Positions 9,669 through 21,057 of a DNA stretch of 48,776 bases are shown in pieces. The stretch is from the NCBI GenBank assembly GCA_944384425.1, contig CALWTI010000003.1, forward strand, positions 1 to 48,776, written 5' to 3'. Every line of letters begins with the position of its first letter. The first letter of the stretch is position 1. Under the pieces are notes generated by a model, which saw only the letters and a program-made list of their open reading frames with translations, was not told the DNA's origin and made no database searches. The stretch is from an uncultured Clostridia bacterium. GTDB lineage: Bacteria > Bacillota > Clostridia > Christensenellales > UBA1242. The position numbers and the translations under genes are program-made.

Positions 9669-9908
9669 ATGGAAGTTGTAAGAATGTGCGGAGTTTGTAA
9701 AAATAGATTACCTCAAAAAAAGCTTTACAGATTTACAAAAGATGAGGACAAATTTACTTTTACAAAGACAAAACGAAGTGGTCGAGGAATTTACATTTGC
9801 TCTGAGTGTTTAAAAAATTTAGATTCAAAGACTGCTAGCAGGGCATTTAGATGTAAAATTAGCGACGAAGAAGCAAATCATTTGAAAGAGGTTTTGATTG
9901 ACAGATAA
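9669..9908 (+). CDS. ylxR: YlxR/DUF448 RNA-binding protein
   Basis: MCGVC...RSGRGIYIC pattern; position after nusA. Confidence 0.85.
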   Translation: MEVVRMCGVCKNRLPQKKLYRFTKDEDKFTFTKTKRSGRGIYICSECLKNLDSKTASRAFRCKISDEEANHLKEVLIDR

Positions 9909-10209
9909 ACAACTAAATCAAATTAAAGGTTATCTAAACATTGCCAAAAAGGCAGGGTTTGTGATTGTGGGGCAAGACAATTTAAAAAATTATGATAAAA
10001 AATTGTATCTTGTACTTTATACAGAGCCCACAAATAACATTGTTTCAGTCATTAGTCGCATCAAAAGCACAACAATGTATCAATCAATATGTTTAGAAAA
10101 GCACGATTTTGATACGGTGACAAATATAGATAATTGCAAAATAATTGCCTTAAAAAACAAGGCAATTTCGGATAAAATAATTGAGTTAATAAGAGGTGAA
10201 GTGAATTGA
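9898..10209 (+). CDS. ylxQ: L7Ae-family protein (YlxQ-like)
   Basis: Position between ylxR and infB; AKKAGFVIVG segment; TTG start with agagg SD. Confidence 0.75.
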   Translation: MTDKQLNQIKGYLNIAKKAGFVIVGQDNLKNYDKKLYLVLYTEPTNNIVSVISRIKSTTMYQSICLEKHDFDTVTNIDNCKIIALKNKAISDKIIELIRGEVN

Positions 10210-12659
10210 TAAAACAAGCAGAAAATCAACAAGGCGGATTAAACAATTTAAAATCTATTTTTGGACTTCAAAGGAACGGAACAGTTCAAATACTGCTTCG
10301 TGATTTAAGAGCGTCAAAATCTCAGCTTGATGATGTTTTGAAGCAGCTTGTGGCAGACAAACAAGCGCGCGCTACTGCTGCTAGTCAAGAAGCTAAGGAA
10401 AAAGTAGCTCCTAAAACGCCTACTAGTTCATTAGAGCAACAAGCCCCAAAGCAGGAAGTTAAAGCCCAGCCTAGCAAGCCTCAACAACAACAAACTCAAA
10501 AACCAAACTTTCAAAATAAAACAAATTTCGACAAAAAAAGAGATTTTAGAAAGCCATTTAATCAAAATCAAAGACCTCAGTTTCAAAACAATCATATTCA
10601 ACAAAAACCTTTTGGCAACAGACCAAACAAAGGCAGTTCTTTCGTTAGCTCAAAAGCTAATTCAATTAAAATATTTGGACCAATGGAGAGCAGTAGTGTT
10701 CTTTCTCAACCAGAGCGTAATTTCGGCAACAAGAACAAATCAAATAGAAGTTTGGACGAAAAGAAACAGACAAACAAGCGTTCACTTCTTAGAAAGAACT
10801 TTATTGTCGATGACAGTATTGATTTCGATGGCGAAAGAATGGGTAACAGAAAGCTTGCTCACAAGAAAAAAGAGCAAAAAGTTTTTGTTGCTCCAAAAAT
10901 TGAAAACGCAGTCATAACAACAGAAGATGTAACGGTGAAAACACTTTCAGAAAAAACCGGAAGACCTGTTACCGAAATCATTAAGCAGTTAATGATTCTT
11001 GGAATTATGGCAAATATCAATAGTTCAATAGACTTCACAACTGCTGAACTTGTTGCAAGTGAGCTGGGCGTCAAGCTTGAACAAAAAATTGAAAAATCAT
11101 ATGAAGAGCAACTTCTTGACGATGTGAAAGAGCAAGAACACGATGAAAAAGATATGGTTAAGCGTCCACCAGTTGTCGCTGTTATGGGTCACGTTGACCA
11201 CGGCAAAACTTCGCTTTTGGATGCAATAAGAAAAACAAACGTTGTTGCAGGCGAAGCAGGTGGTATTACTCAAAAAATCGGTGCTTATCAAATAGATTAT
11301 AATGGTGAAAAAATCACTTTCATTGATACTCCTGGTCACGCAGCATTTACTGCTATGCGTGCTCGTGGTGCAAAAGTTACAGATATAGCAATTTTGGTTG
11401 TTGCTGCCGATGATGGAATTATGCCACAAACTATTGAGGCGATAAATCATATTAAAGCGGCTAATGTGCCAATGATTGTTGCAGTCAACAAAATGGATAA
11501 GCCAGAGGCAAATTTTGAAAGAGTTAAACAGCAGTTGGCTGAAAATGGCGTTCTTCCAGAAGAATGGGGCGGCGATGCGATACTTGTACCTGTGTCAGCT
11601 AAAAAAGGAACGGGGATTGATGAACTTTTAAAAACAATATTGCTAGTTGCCGAAGTTTCAGAGCTTAAAGCAAATCCAAAAGCAAGCGCCTTAGGCTCTG
11701 TTCTTGAAGCGGCACTTGATAAAAACCGAGGAGCAGTTGCGACTGTGCTTGTTCAGAATGGTACACTTCATATTGGTGACACAATCATAAGTGGTACTAA
11801 TTTTGGTAAGGTTAGGGCTATGTTTGATGAGAATGGCAAAGCTTTAAAATCAGCAGGACCAAGCACACCTGTTTCAGTCTTGGGACTAGATAGCGTACCA
11901 AATTCAGGGGATAAGGTGTTCGCCGTTGATGAAAAACTTTCAAAGCAAGTCATTGATGAGCGTATAAGCAAGGCAAAAGAGCAACGTTCACATTTGACAA
12001 GTGGCGTTTCACTTGAAGACTTTATGGATAAGGTGAACGAAGGAAAACTCAAAGCACTCAATATTATTATTAAGGCAGATGTTCAAGGGTCAGTTGAAGC
12101 ATTAAAGCAAAGCTTGTTGGCTTTAAAGAATGAAGAGGCTCGTGTTGTGTGCATCCATAGTGGTGCTGGTGCAGTAACAGAATCAGACCTTTTGCTTGCA
12201 CAGGCTTGCGGAGCTGTAATTATAAACTTTAACCTAAAAGTTTCATCAAAAATTGAACAACTTGCAGAGTCAATGTCTGTACAAATAAAGTCATACAAAG
12301 TCATTTATGAAGTTGTTGATGAAGTCAGCAAAGCTCTTAGCGGTATGCTCAGTGTTAAGTACGAAGAACAAGTCATTGGCCATGCCGAAGTGAGAATGAT
12401 GTTTAAACTATCAACAAGTGGTATTGTTTGCGGAAGCTATGTAACAGATGGCAAGGTTGCAAGAAATGCTTTTGTTCGTGTGTTTAGAGGAAAAGAAAAA
12501 ATTCTTGAAACATCTATCGTTGCTCTTAGAATTCAAAAAGACGATAAGGCAGAAGTTCCTTATGGCTTCGAATGTGGTATAAAACTTAAAGATAGTCAAG
12601 ATGTCAAGGTTGGAGATACACTTGAAGTATATCAAAAAGTTGAAATAAAAAGAGGTTAA
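10206..12659 (+). CDS. infB: Translation initiation factor IF-2
   Basis: [20 protein letters not shown] and NKMD G-motifs; Q/K/P-rich N-terminal region; start codon uncertain (TTG 10206). Confidence 0.93.
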   Translation: MIKQAENQQGGLNNLKSIFGLQRNGTVQILLRDLRASKSQLDDVLKQLVADKQARATAASQEAKEKVAPKTPTSSLEQQAPKQEVKAQPSKPQQQQTQKPNFQNKTNFDKKRDFRKPFNQNQRPQFQNNHIQQKPFGNRPNKGSSFVSSKANSIKIFGPMESSSVLSQPERNFGNKNKSNRSLDEKKQTNKRSLLRKNFIVDDSIDFDGERMGNRKLAHKKKEQKVFVAPKIENAVITTEDVTVKTLSEKTGRPVTEIIKQLMILGIMANINSSIDFTTAELVASELGVKLEQKIEKSYEEQLLDDVKEQEHDEKDMVKRPPVVAVMGHVDHGKTSLLDAIRKTNVVAGEAGGITQKIGAYQIDYNGEKITFIDTPGHAAFTAMRARGAKVTDIAILVVAADDGIMPQTIEAINHIKAANVPMIVAVNKMDKPEANFERVKQQLAENGVLPEEWGGDAILVPVSAKKGTGIDELLKTILLVAEVSELKANPKASALGSVLEAALDKNRGAVATVLVQNGTLHIGDTIISGTNFGKVRAMFDENGKALKSAGPSTPVSVLGLDSVPNSGDKVFAVDEKLSKQVIDERISKAKEQRSHLTSGVSLEDFMDKVNEGKLKALNIIIKADVQGSVEALKQSLLALKNEEARVVCIHSGAGAVTESDLLLAQACGAVIINFNLKVSSKIEQLAESMSVQIKSYKVIYEVVDEVSKALSGMLSVKYEEQVIGHAEVRMMFKLSTSGIVCGSYVTDGKVARNAFVRVFRGKEKILETSIVALRIQKDDKAEVPYGFECGIKLKDSQDVKVGDTLEVYQKVEIKRG

Positions 12660-12661
12660 TT

Positions 12662-13039
12662 GTGAGTAGTATAAGAACAGAACGTGCTAATTCCGAAGTT
12701 GAAAAAGTGCTAGCTGACATCATTTCAAATAGGTTAAATGATCCAAGGCTAAGCAATGAATTTATCACTGTGACATATGCACATCTATCGGTAGATTTTA
12801 GGCATTGCAAAGTCGGGATAAGTGTTTATTCTGAAAATGAAGATGTAGTTATACGCCAACTTCGAAAAAGCGAAGGGTATATTAAGCATGAACTTGTCAA
12901 AGAAGTAAAATTGCCTTACACACCAGAGCTTACTTTTGTTTTGGATGAAGGTGCAAAGCATAGTGACAAGATAAATGAAATTTTAAGTACACTCAACATT
13001 CCAGAGGAAGATGATGAAGGAAATACTGAAGAAGATTAA
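12662..13039 (+). CDS. rbfA: Ribosome-binding factor A
   Basis: Position after infB; RLNDPRL segment; GTG start. Confidence 0.88.
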   Translation: MSSIRTERANSEVEKVLADIISNRLNDPRLSNEFITVTYAHLSVDFRHCKVGISVYSENEDVVIRQLRKSEGYIKHELVKEVKLPYTPELTFVLDEGAKHSDKINEILSTLNIPEEDDEGNTEED

Positions 13040-13973
13040 ACATAGCAGTAAAGTGGCAGTTTTTGGTCATCAGTCGCCAGATGGTGACTGCGTTGGCTGT
13101 TTAGCTGCCATTTCTTTTTTATGTGAAAAATTTGGAAAAACTGTTGATGCTTTTGTCGATGATGAGATACCATCTCGTCTTTCATTTTTGGATACAAAGT
13201 TTATAAACAATTGTGAGTTTGATGAAAAGAACTATGATTTGTTTATCTCTGTTGATGTCGCAGATAAACATCAACTCGGGAAATATAGTGCTGTTTTTGA
13301 CGATAATCATAGCACTATATCAATAGACCATCACTCAATTCGTGACCTTGTTAGCAAAATAACATATGTTGACAAAAAAGCTTCTTGCTGTGAAATATTG
13401 TTTGAACTGTTAACTTTATCAAAATTCAAATTAAATTCATGGGTTGCCACTTTTTTATATCTTGGCGTCAGCGATGATACAGGTTGCTTTATGCACGACA
13501 GTACAACAAGTTATTCGCACTATGTCGCTTCAAAATTGTTTGATTATGGTGCAGATTTTGCAACAGTAAACTATCATCTTTTTAAACTTGTGACAAAGAA
13601 AACTTATGAACTTACTAAAAAATTAGACGAGATGGCTAAAACTGATAACGGCATTAGATACGTCGTTGTATCACAAAAATTCTTGAAAGATAACAATTGC
13701 AAAAAGTCTGATTTTGGTGATTATGTGAACACATTGCTTAATTTAGAGGGAACAAAAATATCTTTCACTATGATAGAAATTCAAAAAGATTTCTATTCGT
13801 TAAGTTTTAGGTCATTGAAAAACTATAATGTTGCAAATGTAGCAACAAAGTTTGGAGGTGGAGGACATTCTCAAGCAGCAGGTGGTAGAATAGGCGGGGA
13901 TAGAGATGTTTGTCTAAATAAAGTAATTGATGAGTTAAAATTGGAGATACAACATAAAGATGCAAGTATTTGA
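13011..13973 (+). CDS. nrnA: DHH/DHHA1 phosphoesterase (NrnA-like nanoRNase/pAp phosphatase)
   Basis: GHQSPDGD, SIDHH and GGGGHSQAAGG motifs. Confidence 0.85.
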   Translation: MMKEILKKIKHSSKVAVFGHQSPDGDCVGCLAAISFLCEKFGKTVDAFVDDEIPSRLSFLDTKFINNCEFDEKNYDLFISVDVADKHQLGKYSAVFDDNHSTISIDHHSIRDLVSKITYVDKKASCCEILFELLTLSKFKLNSWVATFLYLGVSDDTGCFMHDSTTSYSHYVASKLFDYGADFATVNYHLFKLVTKKTYELTKKLDEMAKTDNGIRYVVVSQKFLKDNNCKKSDFGDYVNTLLNLEGTKISFTMIEIQKDFYSLSFRSLKNYNVANVATKFGGGGHSQAAGGRIGGDRDVCLNKVIDELKLEIQHKDASI

Positions 13974-14652
13974 AAAAGACGGAATAATAGTTTTAAATAA
14001 ACCAACGCAGATGTCAAGTAGCAAGGCCGTTCAAATTGTCAAGTATGCTTTAAAACCTAAAAAGATAGGACATATGGGTACTTTGGACCCATTAGGAAGT
14101 GGCGTTTTGATTTTGGGTGTCAACAAAGCCACTAAATTATTTGATAAGTTTTTAAACAAAACAAAGACATATAAGACTATATTTTATTTTGGAAAACAAA
14201 CTGATACGCTTGATAGCGAAGGGAATGTTATCAAAGAAATTCCATGTGATATAAAACTTGATGATGTAATAAATATGACTAAAAGCTTTGTTGGAGAATT
14301 TGACCAGTTGCCTCCAATGTATTCGGCAAAAAAAATAAATGGTAAAAAAGCTTACGATTTGGCAAGAAAAGGTGAAACATTCGAACTAAAAACTCGCAGG
14401 GTTACCATATATGATATTAAGTGTTTATCAAAGGTAGACAAAAATACTTTTATGTTTGAAATAACATGCTCTGGGGGAACATACATTAGAAGTATTTGTC
14501 GTGATATGGCACAAAAATTATCAACATGTGGTACTATGCTAGCTATTGTACGCACTAAATGTGGTGATTATGGTATTGAAGACAGTTGTACTCTTGAAGA
14601 TATAAAAAATGATAATTTTAAACTGATTGAAACAAAAGAAGGTGAAATATGA
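13960..14652 (+). CDS. truB: tRNA pseudouridine-55 synthase
   Basis: GHMGTLDPLGSGVL catalytic motif. Confidence 0.92.
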   Translation: MQVFEKDGIIVLNKPTQMSSSKAVQIVKYALKPKKIGHMGTLDPLGSGVLILGVNKATKLFDKFLNKTKTYKTIFYFGKQTDTLDSEGNVIKEIPCDIKLDDVINMTKSFVGEFDQLPPMYSAKKINGKKAYDLARKGETFELKTRRVTIYDIKCLSKVDKNTFMFEITCSGGTYIRSICRDMAQKLSTCGTMLAIVRTKCGDYGIEDSCTLEDIKNDNFKLIETKEGEI

Positions 14653-15506
14653 TAGATAAAATTAGGTTTGGCCCATCTGGCAATCAAAAATTATTTTATG
14701 AACAAGGTCATAAACATAGTATTGAAGCACCTATGTGGCTTCACTCAATGGGACTAGATGCCTATGAGTTTTCGTTTGGTAGAGGCTTTACAATAAAAGA
14801 AGATACTGCCACAAAGATAGGAGAAGAGGCGAAAAAATATGATATTTTGATTTCTTGTCACGCTCCTTATTATATCAATTTGGCTAATCCTGACCCTCTT
14901 ATGATTGAAAAGTCTTTTGGATACTTTACAAGAGGGCTAACGCTACTTGAATGTTTTGGTGGTAGAGATTATGTTGTACATATAGGTTCTTGTGGCAAGC
15001 ATTCAAGAGAAGAAGCTATTAGTAACATAAAAACGAATTTGAAAAATTTACTTGTCATTTTAAAAAATGGCGATTTTCTTAAGAATGGAAAAAGACTTTG
15101 TATTGAGACAATGGGTAAGCCGCAGCAAATAGGGACATATGAAGAAATTATTGACTTATGTACTATGGATGAATGCTTGGTTCCAACATTTGATTTTGGA
15201 CACATAAACGCATTGACTGGCGGAACATTGAAGACATACGATGATTATAAAAAAATCTTAGATTTGGCTGTCGAGAAGCTGGGAGAAAGGGCAAAGTCAT
15301 GCCATATACATTTCTCAAAAATCGAATATGGGGCAAAAGGTGAGATAAGACACTTAAACTATGATGATACAGTTTATGGTCCAGATTTTGCACCACTTGC
15401 AAAAGCATTGAAAGATTTGAATTTCACTCCAACAGTAATTTGTGAATCAAAAGACTATATGGCGACAGATAGTTTAATTATGAAGGATATTTATGAATCA
15501 ATATAA
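14649..15506 (+). CDS. Xylose-isomerase-like TIM-barrel protein (AP endonuclease 2/Nfo-like family)
   Basis: CHAPYYINL, VVHIGS, CIETMG, FDFGH and HIHFS metal-ligand-like segments. Confidence 0.6.
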   Translation: MIDKIRFGPSGNQKLFYEQGHKHSIEAPMWLHSMGLDAYEFSFGRGFTIKEDTATKIGEEAKKYDILISCHAPYYINLANPDPLMIEKSFGYFTRGLTLLECFGGRDYVVHIGSCGKHSREEAISNIKTNLKNLLVILKNGDFLKNGKRLCIETMGKPQQIGTYEEIIDLCTMDECLVPTFDFGHINALTGGTLKTYDDYKKILDLAVEKLGERAKSCHIHFSKIEYGAKGEIRHLNYDDTVYGPDFAPLAKALKDLNFTPTVICESKDYMATDSLIMKDIYESI

Positions 15507-16056
15507 TGTTCATGAAATTGTTTCAAATTTATTTATGGAACATTGCTATATTATATATTCAGAGAATAACGCACTTATTATTGACCCAGGTGACGCATAT
15601 GAAGACATTGCAATGTTTTTGAAACAAAACAGCTTAAAACCACTTGCAGTGCTTTTGACACATGGACATTTTGACCATTGCCTTTGTTGCAGGAGACTTC
15701 AAAATGATGGACTTAAAATTTACATTCATGAACTTGATGAAGACAAGCTCCATGGCAATGGAAATTTGTCAAATTTGTTTGGAATAAACTTTGATCAGCT
15801 TTATGCAGACCAAAAACTCAACGAAGGGAGCATAAAGATTGGTGATTTTGATATTGAAGTTGTTCATACTCCCGGCCATAGCGAAGGAAGTGTGTGCTAT
15901 GTAATTGGGAATCATTTTTTTAGTGGAGATACTTTTTTTGAGAATGGAGTTGGACGGACAGATTTTTATGACGGAAGTATGCTTAAACTAAGACAAAGTT
16001 TGAGAAAACTGGAACAATATCTAAGAAAACCATACATTTTTCATTATGGACATTAA
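15493..16056 (+). CDS. Metallo-beta-lactamase-fold hydrolase
   Basis: LLTHGHFDHC motif and HTPGHSEGS. Confidence 0.85.
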   Translation: MNQYNVHEIVSNLFMEHCYIIYSENNALIIDPGDAYEDIAMFLKQNSLKPLAVLLTHGHFDHCLCCRRLQNDGLKIYIHELDEDKLHGNGNLSNLFGINFDQLYADQKLNEGSIKIGDFDIEVVHTPGHSEGSVCYVIGNHFFSGDTFFENGVGRTDFYDGSMLKLRQSLRKLEQYLRKPYIFHYGH

Positions 16057-16123
16057 AAAATACTTGCAACAATTTTTGGAATATGATAATCTTATTATGA
16101 TGTAATTTATTTAAGGAGAAAAA

Positions 16124-16684
16124 ATGATAACAGCAGGAGATTTTAGAAAAGGCGTAACATTTGAAATGGACGGAAATGTCTACACGGTTGTTGAATTTTT
16201 GCACGTAAAACCAGGCAAGGGTTCACCATTTGTAAGAACAAAGTTGAAAAATGTCATTACTGGACAGGTTATTGAAAGAACATTTAACCCAACAGACAAG
16301 TTCCAAGTCGCAGTGATTGAGAGAAAAGAGATGCAATATCTTTATCATGAAGGAGACTTGTATTACTTTATGGATATGGAAACATATGACCAAATTCCAT
16401 TCAACAAATCACAGGTTGCAGATGCAATGAACTTTATGACAGAGAATATGACAGCAACAGTGCAATTCTACAAAGGAACAGCATTTTCAGTTGAGCCACC
16501 AACATTTGTTGAACTCACAATTGTTGATTGCGAACCAGGTGTTCAGGGCGACACAGCAAAGTCAAGCTACAAGCCAGCAACACTTGAAACAGGCTATGTT
16601 ATTGGCGTTCCACTATTTGTTAACAGCGGTGAAAAAATCCGTGTTGACACTCGTGACGGAAGCTATATGGAACGTGTAAAGTAA
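16124..16684 (+). CDS. efp: Elongation factor P
   Basis: [16 protein letters not shown] motif; 186 aa. Confidence 0.95.
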   Translation: MITAGDFRKGVTFEMDGNVYTVVEFLHVKPGKGSPFVRTKLKNVITGQVIERTFNPTDKFQVAVIERKEMQYLYHEGDLYYFMDMETYDQIPFNKSQVADAMNFMTENMTATVQFYKGTAFSVEPPTFVELTIVDCEPGVQGDTAKSSYKPATLETGYVIGVPLFVNSGEKIRVDTRDGSYMERVK

Positions 16685-16703
16685 TTTAAAATAAACATTG
16701 TCA

Positions 16704-16741
16704 AAATATGCAGTATTATGTAATATTGCATATTTTTTTTG
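16704..16741 (+). terminator. Rho-independent terminator after efp
   Basis: aaatatgcagtatt-atgt-aatattgcatattt followed by a T-run. Confidence 0.8.
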
Positions 16742-16795
16742 TGTTTAGTAATGAATTTATTTTTCTCTCACTATACATTGTTGTAGGAGAAAAAT

Positions 16796-17707
16796 ATGTT
16801 ACAAGAAATACTATCAGACCCACTAAAAAATATAATTAACTACAAAATATCATTGTCGCAACTTTCTGAAATTCGCCTAAGAGCAAACAAGCCAATTGTT
16901 GTTTTTGTTAAAGGACAACCATACTATGTTAGCGAAAAGGGACTTTGTTGCGATATTGATAGTGCAATGTTTTGTACGCAGGAGATGATTGCTGACATTG
17001 TTTACAAGGCAAGCGACTATTCTATTTATTCGGTAAATGACCAAATAAGAAATGGCTTTATCACCATGTCAAATGGCGTAAGAATAGGACTATGCGGTAA
17101 TGTTATTGAAGAAAATGGTGAAGTGAAAACTATTACCAATTGGTCAAGCATAAACATTCGCATACCACATCAAATAAAGAATATGTCACTTTGTGCTTTT
17201 GATGATATTGTAGATGAAACGGGCATAAAAAACACTTTAATTGTTTCTCCTCCCGGAGCAGGAAAGACTACTTTTCTGCGAGATTTTTTATACCAACTTT
17301 CTTCGCACAACTATTGCCTTAATGTCAGCGTGATTGATGAGCGTGGAGAAATTGCCGGTGGGGTGGATAGTAAACTTGATATTGGTAATTTTTGTGACAT
17401 CATAAGTTTTTGTAGTAAACCCATTGGCTTTATGCAGTGTATAAGGTCGATGAACCCAGGACTTATTGTAACAGACGAGATTGGTGATAAAGAAGATGCA
17501 AAATGTCTAATTGACGCAATGAATTGTGGCGTCAAGGTTATTGCGACAGCGCACGCATCAAGCATTGAAGAATTAAGACGCAAAGATTTTTTTGCAACTT
17601 TGCCATCACAATATTTTCAGCGTTATGTGCTTCTATCAAAAAGAGAAGGACCTGGAACATATGAGGGAACTTATAACGAAAAATTCTCAAAAATTGTGAA
17701 GTGGTGA
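16796..17707 (+). CDS. spoIIIAA: Stage III sporulation protein AA (ATPase)
   Basis: Walker A SPPGAGKTTFLRD; first gene of an 8-gene spoIIIA-type operon. Confidence 0.9.
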   Translation: MLQEILSDPLKNIINYKISLSQLSEIRLRANKPIVVFVKGQPYYVSEKGLCCDIDSAMFCTQEMIADIVYKASDYSIYSVNDQIRNGFITMSNGVRIGLCGNVIEENGEVKTITNWSSINIRIPHQIKNMSLCAFDDIVDETGIKNTLIVSPPGAGKTTFLRDFLYQLSSHNYCLNVSVIDERGEIAGGVDSKLDIGNFCDIISFCSKPIGFMQCIRSMNPGLIVTDEIGDKEDAKCLIDAMNCGVKVIATAHASSIEELRRKDFFATLPSQYFQRYVLLSKREGPGTYEGTYNEKFSKIVKW

Positions 17708-17710
17708 CCT

Positions 17711-18205
17711 ATGACCATAATTTTAATTGTCATTATAATTTTTTGTTTTGCTCTTATTGGCTTCAAATTTTCTTCTTATTATGTAAGCAGGAAAAAGTTT
17801 TTTTCATCACTAGTCCTTATGCTTTCAAACATGGAGGCAGATGTTGTGTTTAGTAGGGATAAGCTTGCCAATATTTTAAAGAAAAACACAGAGGTTTGTG
17901 CAAGTAAAGAGCTTTGTTTGCTATGCGAAAATATGGTGCTTGCGATTGAGAGTAAACAACTAATTGATGAGAAACTATTCGATAGCGTCAAAATATTAAA
18001 AACAGACGAAAAACAACTTTTGTATAAGTTTTTTTCTCAGCTCGGTAGATATGATGTGACGGCACAAAGCAAAGAAATCAAAACATACCAGACGAGAATA
18101 AATGATTATAATTTACAAGCGCAAGAGGAGTGCAAAAAATACTCGGGTCTTTTCATTAAGCTTGGAATAATTGTTGGCATACTTGTTTGTTTACTCATTA
18201 TATAG
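17711..18205 (+). CDS. spoIIIAB: Stage III sporulation protein AB
   Basis: Operon position; N- and C-terminal TM segments. Confidence 0.8.
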   Translation: MTIILIVIIIFCFALIGFKFSSYYVSRKKFFSSLVLMLSNMEADVVFSRDKLANILKKNTEVCASKELCLLCENMVLAIESKQLIDEKLFDSVKILKTDEKQLLYKFFSQLGRYDVTAQSKEIKTYQTRINDYNLQAQEECKKYSGLFIKLGIIVGILVCLLII

Positions 18206-18214
18206 GAGAATTTT

Positions 18215-18409
18215 ATGGGTGTTGAAGTCATTTTCAAAATTGCAGCGGTGGGCATTTTGACGACAGTGGTGGGGCAAATATTAAAGCAAAGTGGAAAAGA
18301 AGAAATTGCAACTTTCTCAACTTTGGCTGGGCTTATCATTGTGCTACTAATGGTTTTAGATTTAATCAGCACGCTTTTTGATACAGTACGAAATTTATTT
18401 GGCCTTTAA
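18215..18409 (+). CDS. spoIIIAC: Stage III sporulation protein AC
   Basis: 64-aa two-TM protein; IFKIAAVGILTTVVGQILKQSGKEE. Confidence 0.88.
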   Translation: MGVEVIFKIAAVGILTTVVGQILKQSGKEEIATFSTLAGLIIVLLMVLDLISTLFDTVRNLFGL

Positions 18410-18418
18410 GGAGGTGAA

Positions 18419-18805
18419 ATGGACATAGTAAAGATCATTGGAATAGGTCTTATTACAGTCATTGCCTCAATGCTGGTTAAACCCATAAAGCCAGAAGTTA
18501 GCATTATCATTGGACTTTGTGGCGGAATACTTATTCTAATTCAAACAGTTAACTACGTTGTTGATATCATAGATGCCTTTACAAACATTGTGGAAAAAAC
18601 TGGCTTAAATACAGGGCTATTGAAAACGCTTTTAAAAATAATTGGCGTAGGGTATTTGACTGAATTTGCTGCAAATATATGTCAGGACGCAGGTTCTAGC
18701 AGTGTGGCTGACAAGATATTGTTTGCGGGCAAGATAATAATTCTTGCAATGGCTTTGCCGATAGTCACTAGCATAATTGAAATTATTGTGGAGATATTGC
18801 CATGA
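18419..18805 (+). CDS. spoIIIAD: Stage III sporulation protein AD
   Basis: 128-aa polytopic protein; operon position. Confidence 0.88.
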   Translation: MDIVKIIGIGLITVIASMLVKPIKPEVSIIIGLCGGILILIQTVNYVVDIIDAFTNIVEKTGLNTGLLKTLLKIIGVGYLTEFAANICQDAGSSSVADKILFAGKIIILAMALPIVTSIIEIIVEILP

Positions 18806-20007
18806 AAAAATATCTTGCACTTTTGTTTGTTGTGGTTTTGGTTGTTTGTCCTTTTTTGTTTGCGGAAAATGCGAATGAAGTTGTTTACTGTGATGATGAA
18901 CTAACTTCATCTGAGATAGAGGACATAATTGAAGATAGCATTGAATCACAACTTGGAGATTTGGATTTTAGCGAACTTGAAGATGCACTTGATAACTTGG
19001 ATGAAGAAGGGCATGAGATATTTGGCAACGACTCTTTTGTTGACAAAATAAAGCAAATACTTAGCGGAGAATTCACAGAAAATGGTAATTCAATTTGGAC
19101 AAGTATTTTGCAATTGTTTTTTGATGATGTGCTGGCTTTTCTCCCCATTTTGTCACTGGTAATTGCAATAGCTGTGACATATAGTTTGGTGAGTGCTTCA
19201 AGACCTGCATCAAAGAATAAGTCGCTTGGTGATGTCATACACTTTGTTTGCTATGGTGCCATAATACTCGTTTTGGTCGGATACAGCGTGAATATGTTGA
19301 AGCTCACATCGACCACTTTACAAAATATAAAAACGCAAATGGATTTTGCTTTTCCAATTCTATTAACTGTTCTAACCGCAATAGGTGGTACTACTTCTGT
19401 GAGTGTATATCAACCTGCTGTGGCTGTACTTAGTGGTACCATTATTAATATCTTCACCAATATACTTATGCCAATATTTATTTTTAGGCTTGTATTTTCA
19501 ATCGTTGGAAACCTTAGCAACAATGTGAAACTAGACAAATTTGCATCATTTTTTTCAAGTCTGTTTAAGTGGATAGTTGGTGGAGTGTTCACCGTGTTTT
19601 CTGCTTTTTTAGCCATTCAAGGCATAACGGCGGGAAGCGTTGACGGAATATCATTTAGAACTGCCAAATACGCTATAAAAAACTCAATACCACTTGTGGG
19701 CTCATATTTGTCTGACGGGTTGAACTTAATTGTTGCAAGCAGTGTGCTGATAAAAAATGCAGTTGGTGCAGGTGGACTGATTTTGCTTTTTGCTACCATT
19801 ATTGTGCCAGTTTTGAATTTGATTGTCTTTATGTTGTCATTAAAATTAGTGGCAGCTATCTTAGAGCCTATCACTGATTCAAGAATATCTAACTTTATTT
19901 CAATGCTTGCAAAAAGTATATCGCTCTTGATTGTGATGATTTTATCTTGCGCTTTCATGTATGTTCTTATGGCGGGAATGATAATGCTTAGTGCAAACTT
20001 CTTTTAA
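18802..20007 (+). CDS. spoIIIAE: Stage III sporulation protein AE
   Basis: 401-aa polytopic membrane protein with signal peptide; operon position. Confidence 0.88.
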   Translation: MKKYLALLFVVVLVVCPFLFAENANEVVYCDDELTSSEIEDIIEDSIESQLGDLDFSELEDALDNLDEEGHEIFGNDSFVDKIKQILSGEFTENGNSIWTSILQLFFDDVLAFLPILSLVIAIAVTYSLVSASRPASKNKSLGDVIHFVCYGAIILVLVGYSVNMLKLTSTTLQNIKTQMDFAFPILLTVLTAIGGTTSVSVYQPAVAVLSGTIINIFTNILMPIFIFRLVFSIVGNLSNNVKLDKFASFFSSLFKWIVGGVFTVFSAFLAIQGITAGSVDGISFRTAKYAIKNSIPLVGSYLSDGLNLIVASSVLIKNAVGAGGLILLFATIIVPVLNLIVFMLSLKLVAAILEPITDSRISNFISMLAKSISLLIVMILSCAFMYVLMAGMIMLSANFF

Positions 20008-20019
20008 AAGGAGGAATTT

Positions 20020-20508
20020 ATGGATATTTCGGCTTGGATATTGTCAATTGCGGGAGTGAGCGTGCTTTCAATACTCATTGATTTATTTCTGCCCAGTGGT
20101 CAAACGAATGGCTATATAAAAACCATATTCAATTATGTGATAGTTTTTATAATAATCGCTCCACTTCCTGCGCTAATTGAGTCAGACATAGACACATCTA
20201 ACATATTTACAGAAACTGAGATTGTTTTGCAAGAGGACTACATTTATCAATTAAATCGCGACAAACTTACTATGCTTGAAAAGGGCATTGAAAGCACACT
20301 TGATTCAAAGGGGCTTAAAAATGTTGATATTTCTATTTCTGCTGACATTTTCACGACGGTTATGAAAATAGACACGATTTATGTCGATTTTAGCAATTTA
20401 GTTATAGTGGATAATGAGGAGCATATAGATATAGAGAATGAGGTAGTCGATGTAATAATCTCATTTGTGGATATAGAAAAGGAGAATATTGTTTTTAGTG
20501 GATACTAA
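20020..20508 (+). CDS. spoIIIAF: Stage III sporulation protein AF
   Basis: N-terminal IDLFLPSG segment resembling Bacillus SpoIIIAF; operon position. Confidence 0.78.
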   Translation: MDISAWILSIAGVSVLSILIDLFLPSGQTNGYIKTIFNYVIVFIIIAPLPALIESDIDTSNIFTETEIVLQEDYIYQLNRDKLTMLEKGIESTLDSKGLKNVDISISADIFTTVMKIDTIYVDFSNLVIVDNEEHIDIENEVVDVIISFVDIEKENIVFSGY

Positions 20509-21043
20509 GCAAAAAAAGATTACAATTTGGGAGAAGTTAAAAAACATCAAGCATTTTGAAATAATAATTGTCGTGGTGTTTTGTGCCATACTGCTACTAA
20601 TTTACAGTTCGACATTTTCTTCCACAAAAAGTGAGAAAAATACGTTGACTGCACTAACAACAGAGGAATATGCGGAGTACCTTGAGAATAAATTATCAAA
20701 TGTACTGTCACAAATAAATGGTGCAGGAAATGTAAGTGTGATGGTGACACTGGCTTGCGGAGTTGAATATGTTTATGCGACAAACGCAACAGAAGAAACC
20801 ACTTCTCAAACAAACAATGGAGTGACAACAACGCAGACCACAACGACCGAAGAACTTATTTTAGTTTCGCAGTCGGGCAAAGATTCTCCCTTAGTCATAA
20901 AAGAAAATTTGCCAAAGGTCAGTGGTGTGCTGATTGTGAGCAGTGGAGCAAGTAACATAAGCGTAATGCTTGAACTACAAAAGGCAGTTATGGCATTACT
21001 TGAAATTGATGCAGAAGATATAGAAATTTTGGTAGGTAAATAA
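20489..21043 (+). CDS. spoIIIAG: Stage III sporulation protein AG
   Basis: Single TM plus C-terminal ring-building-type domain (VSGVLIVSSGA); operon position. Confidence 0.82.
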   Translation: MFLVDTKQKKITIWEKLKNIKHFEIIIVVVFCAILLLIYSSTFSSTKSEKNTLTALTTEEYAEYLENKLSNVLSQINGAGNVSVMVTLACGVEYVYATNATEETTSQTNNGVTTTQTTTTEELILVSQSGKDSPLVIKENLPKVSGVLIVSSGASNISVMLELQKAVMALLEIDAEDIEILVGK

Positions 21044-21057
21044 AAAGGAGATTTATT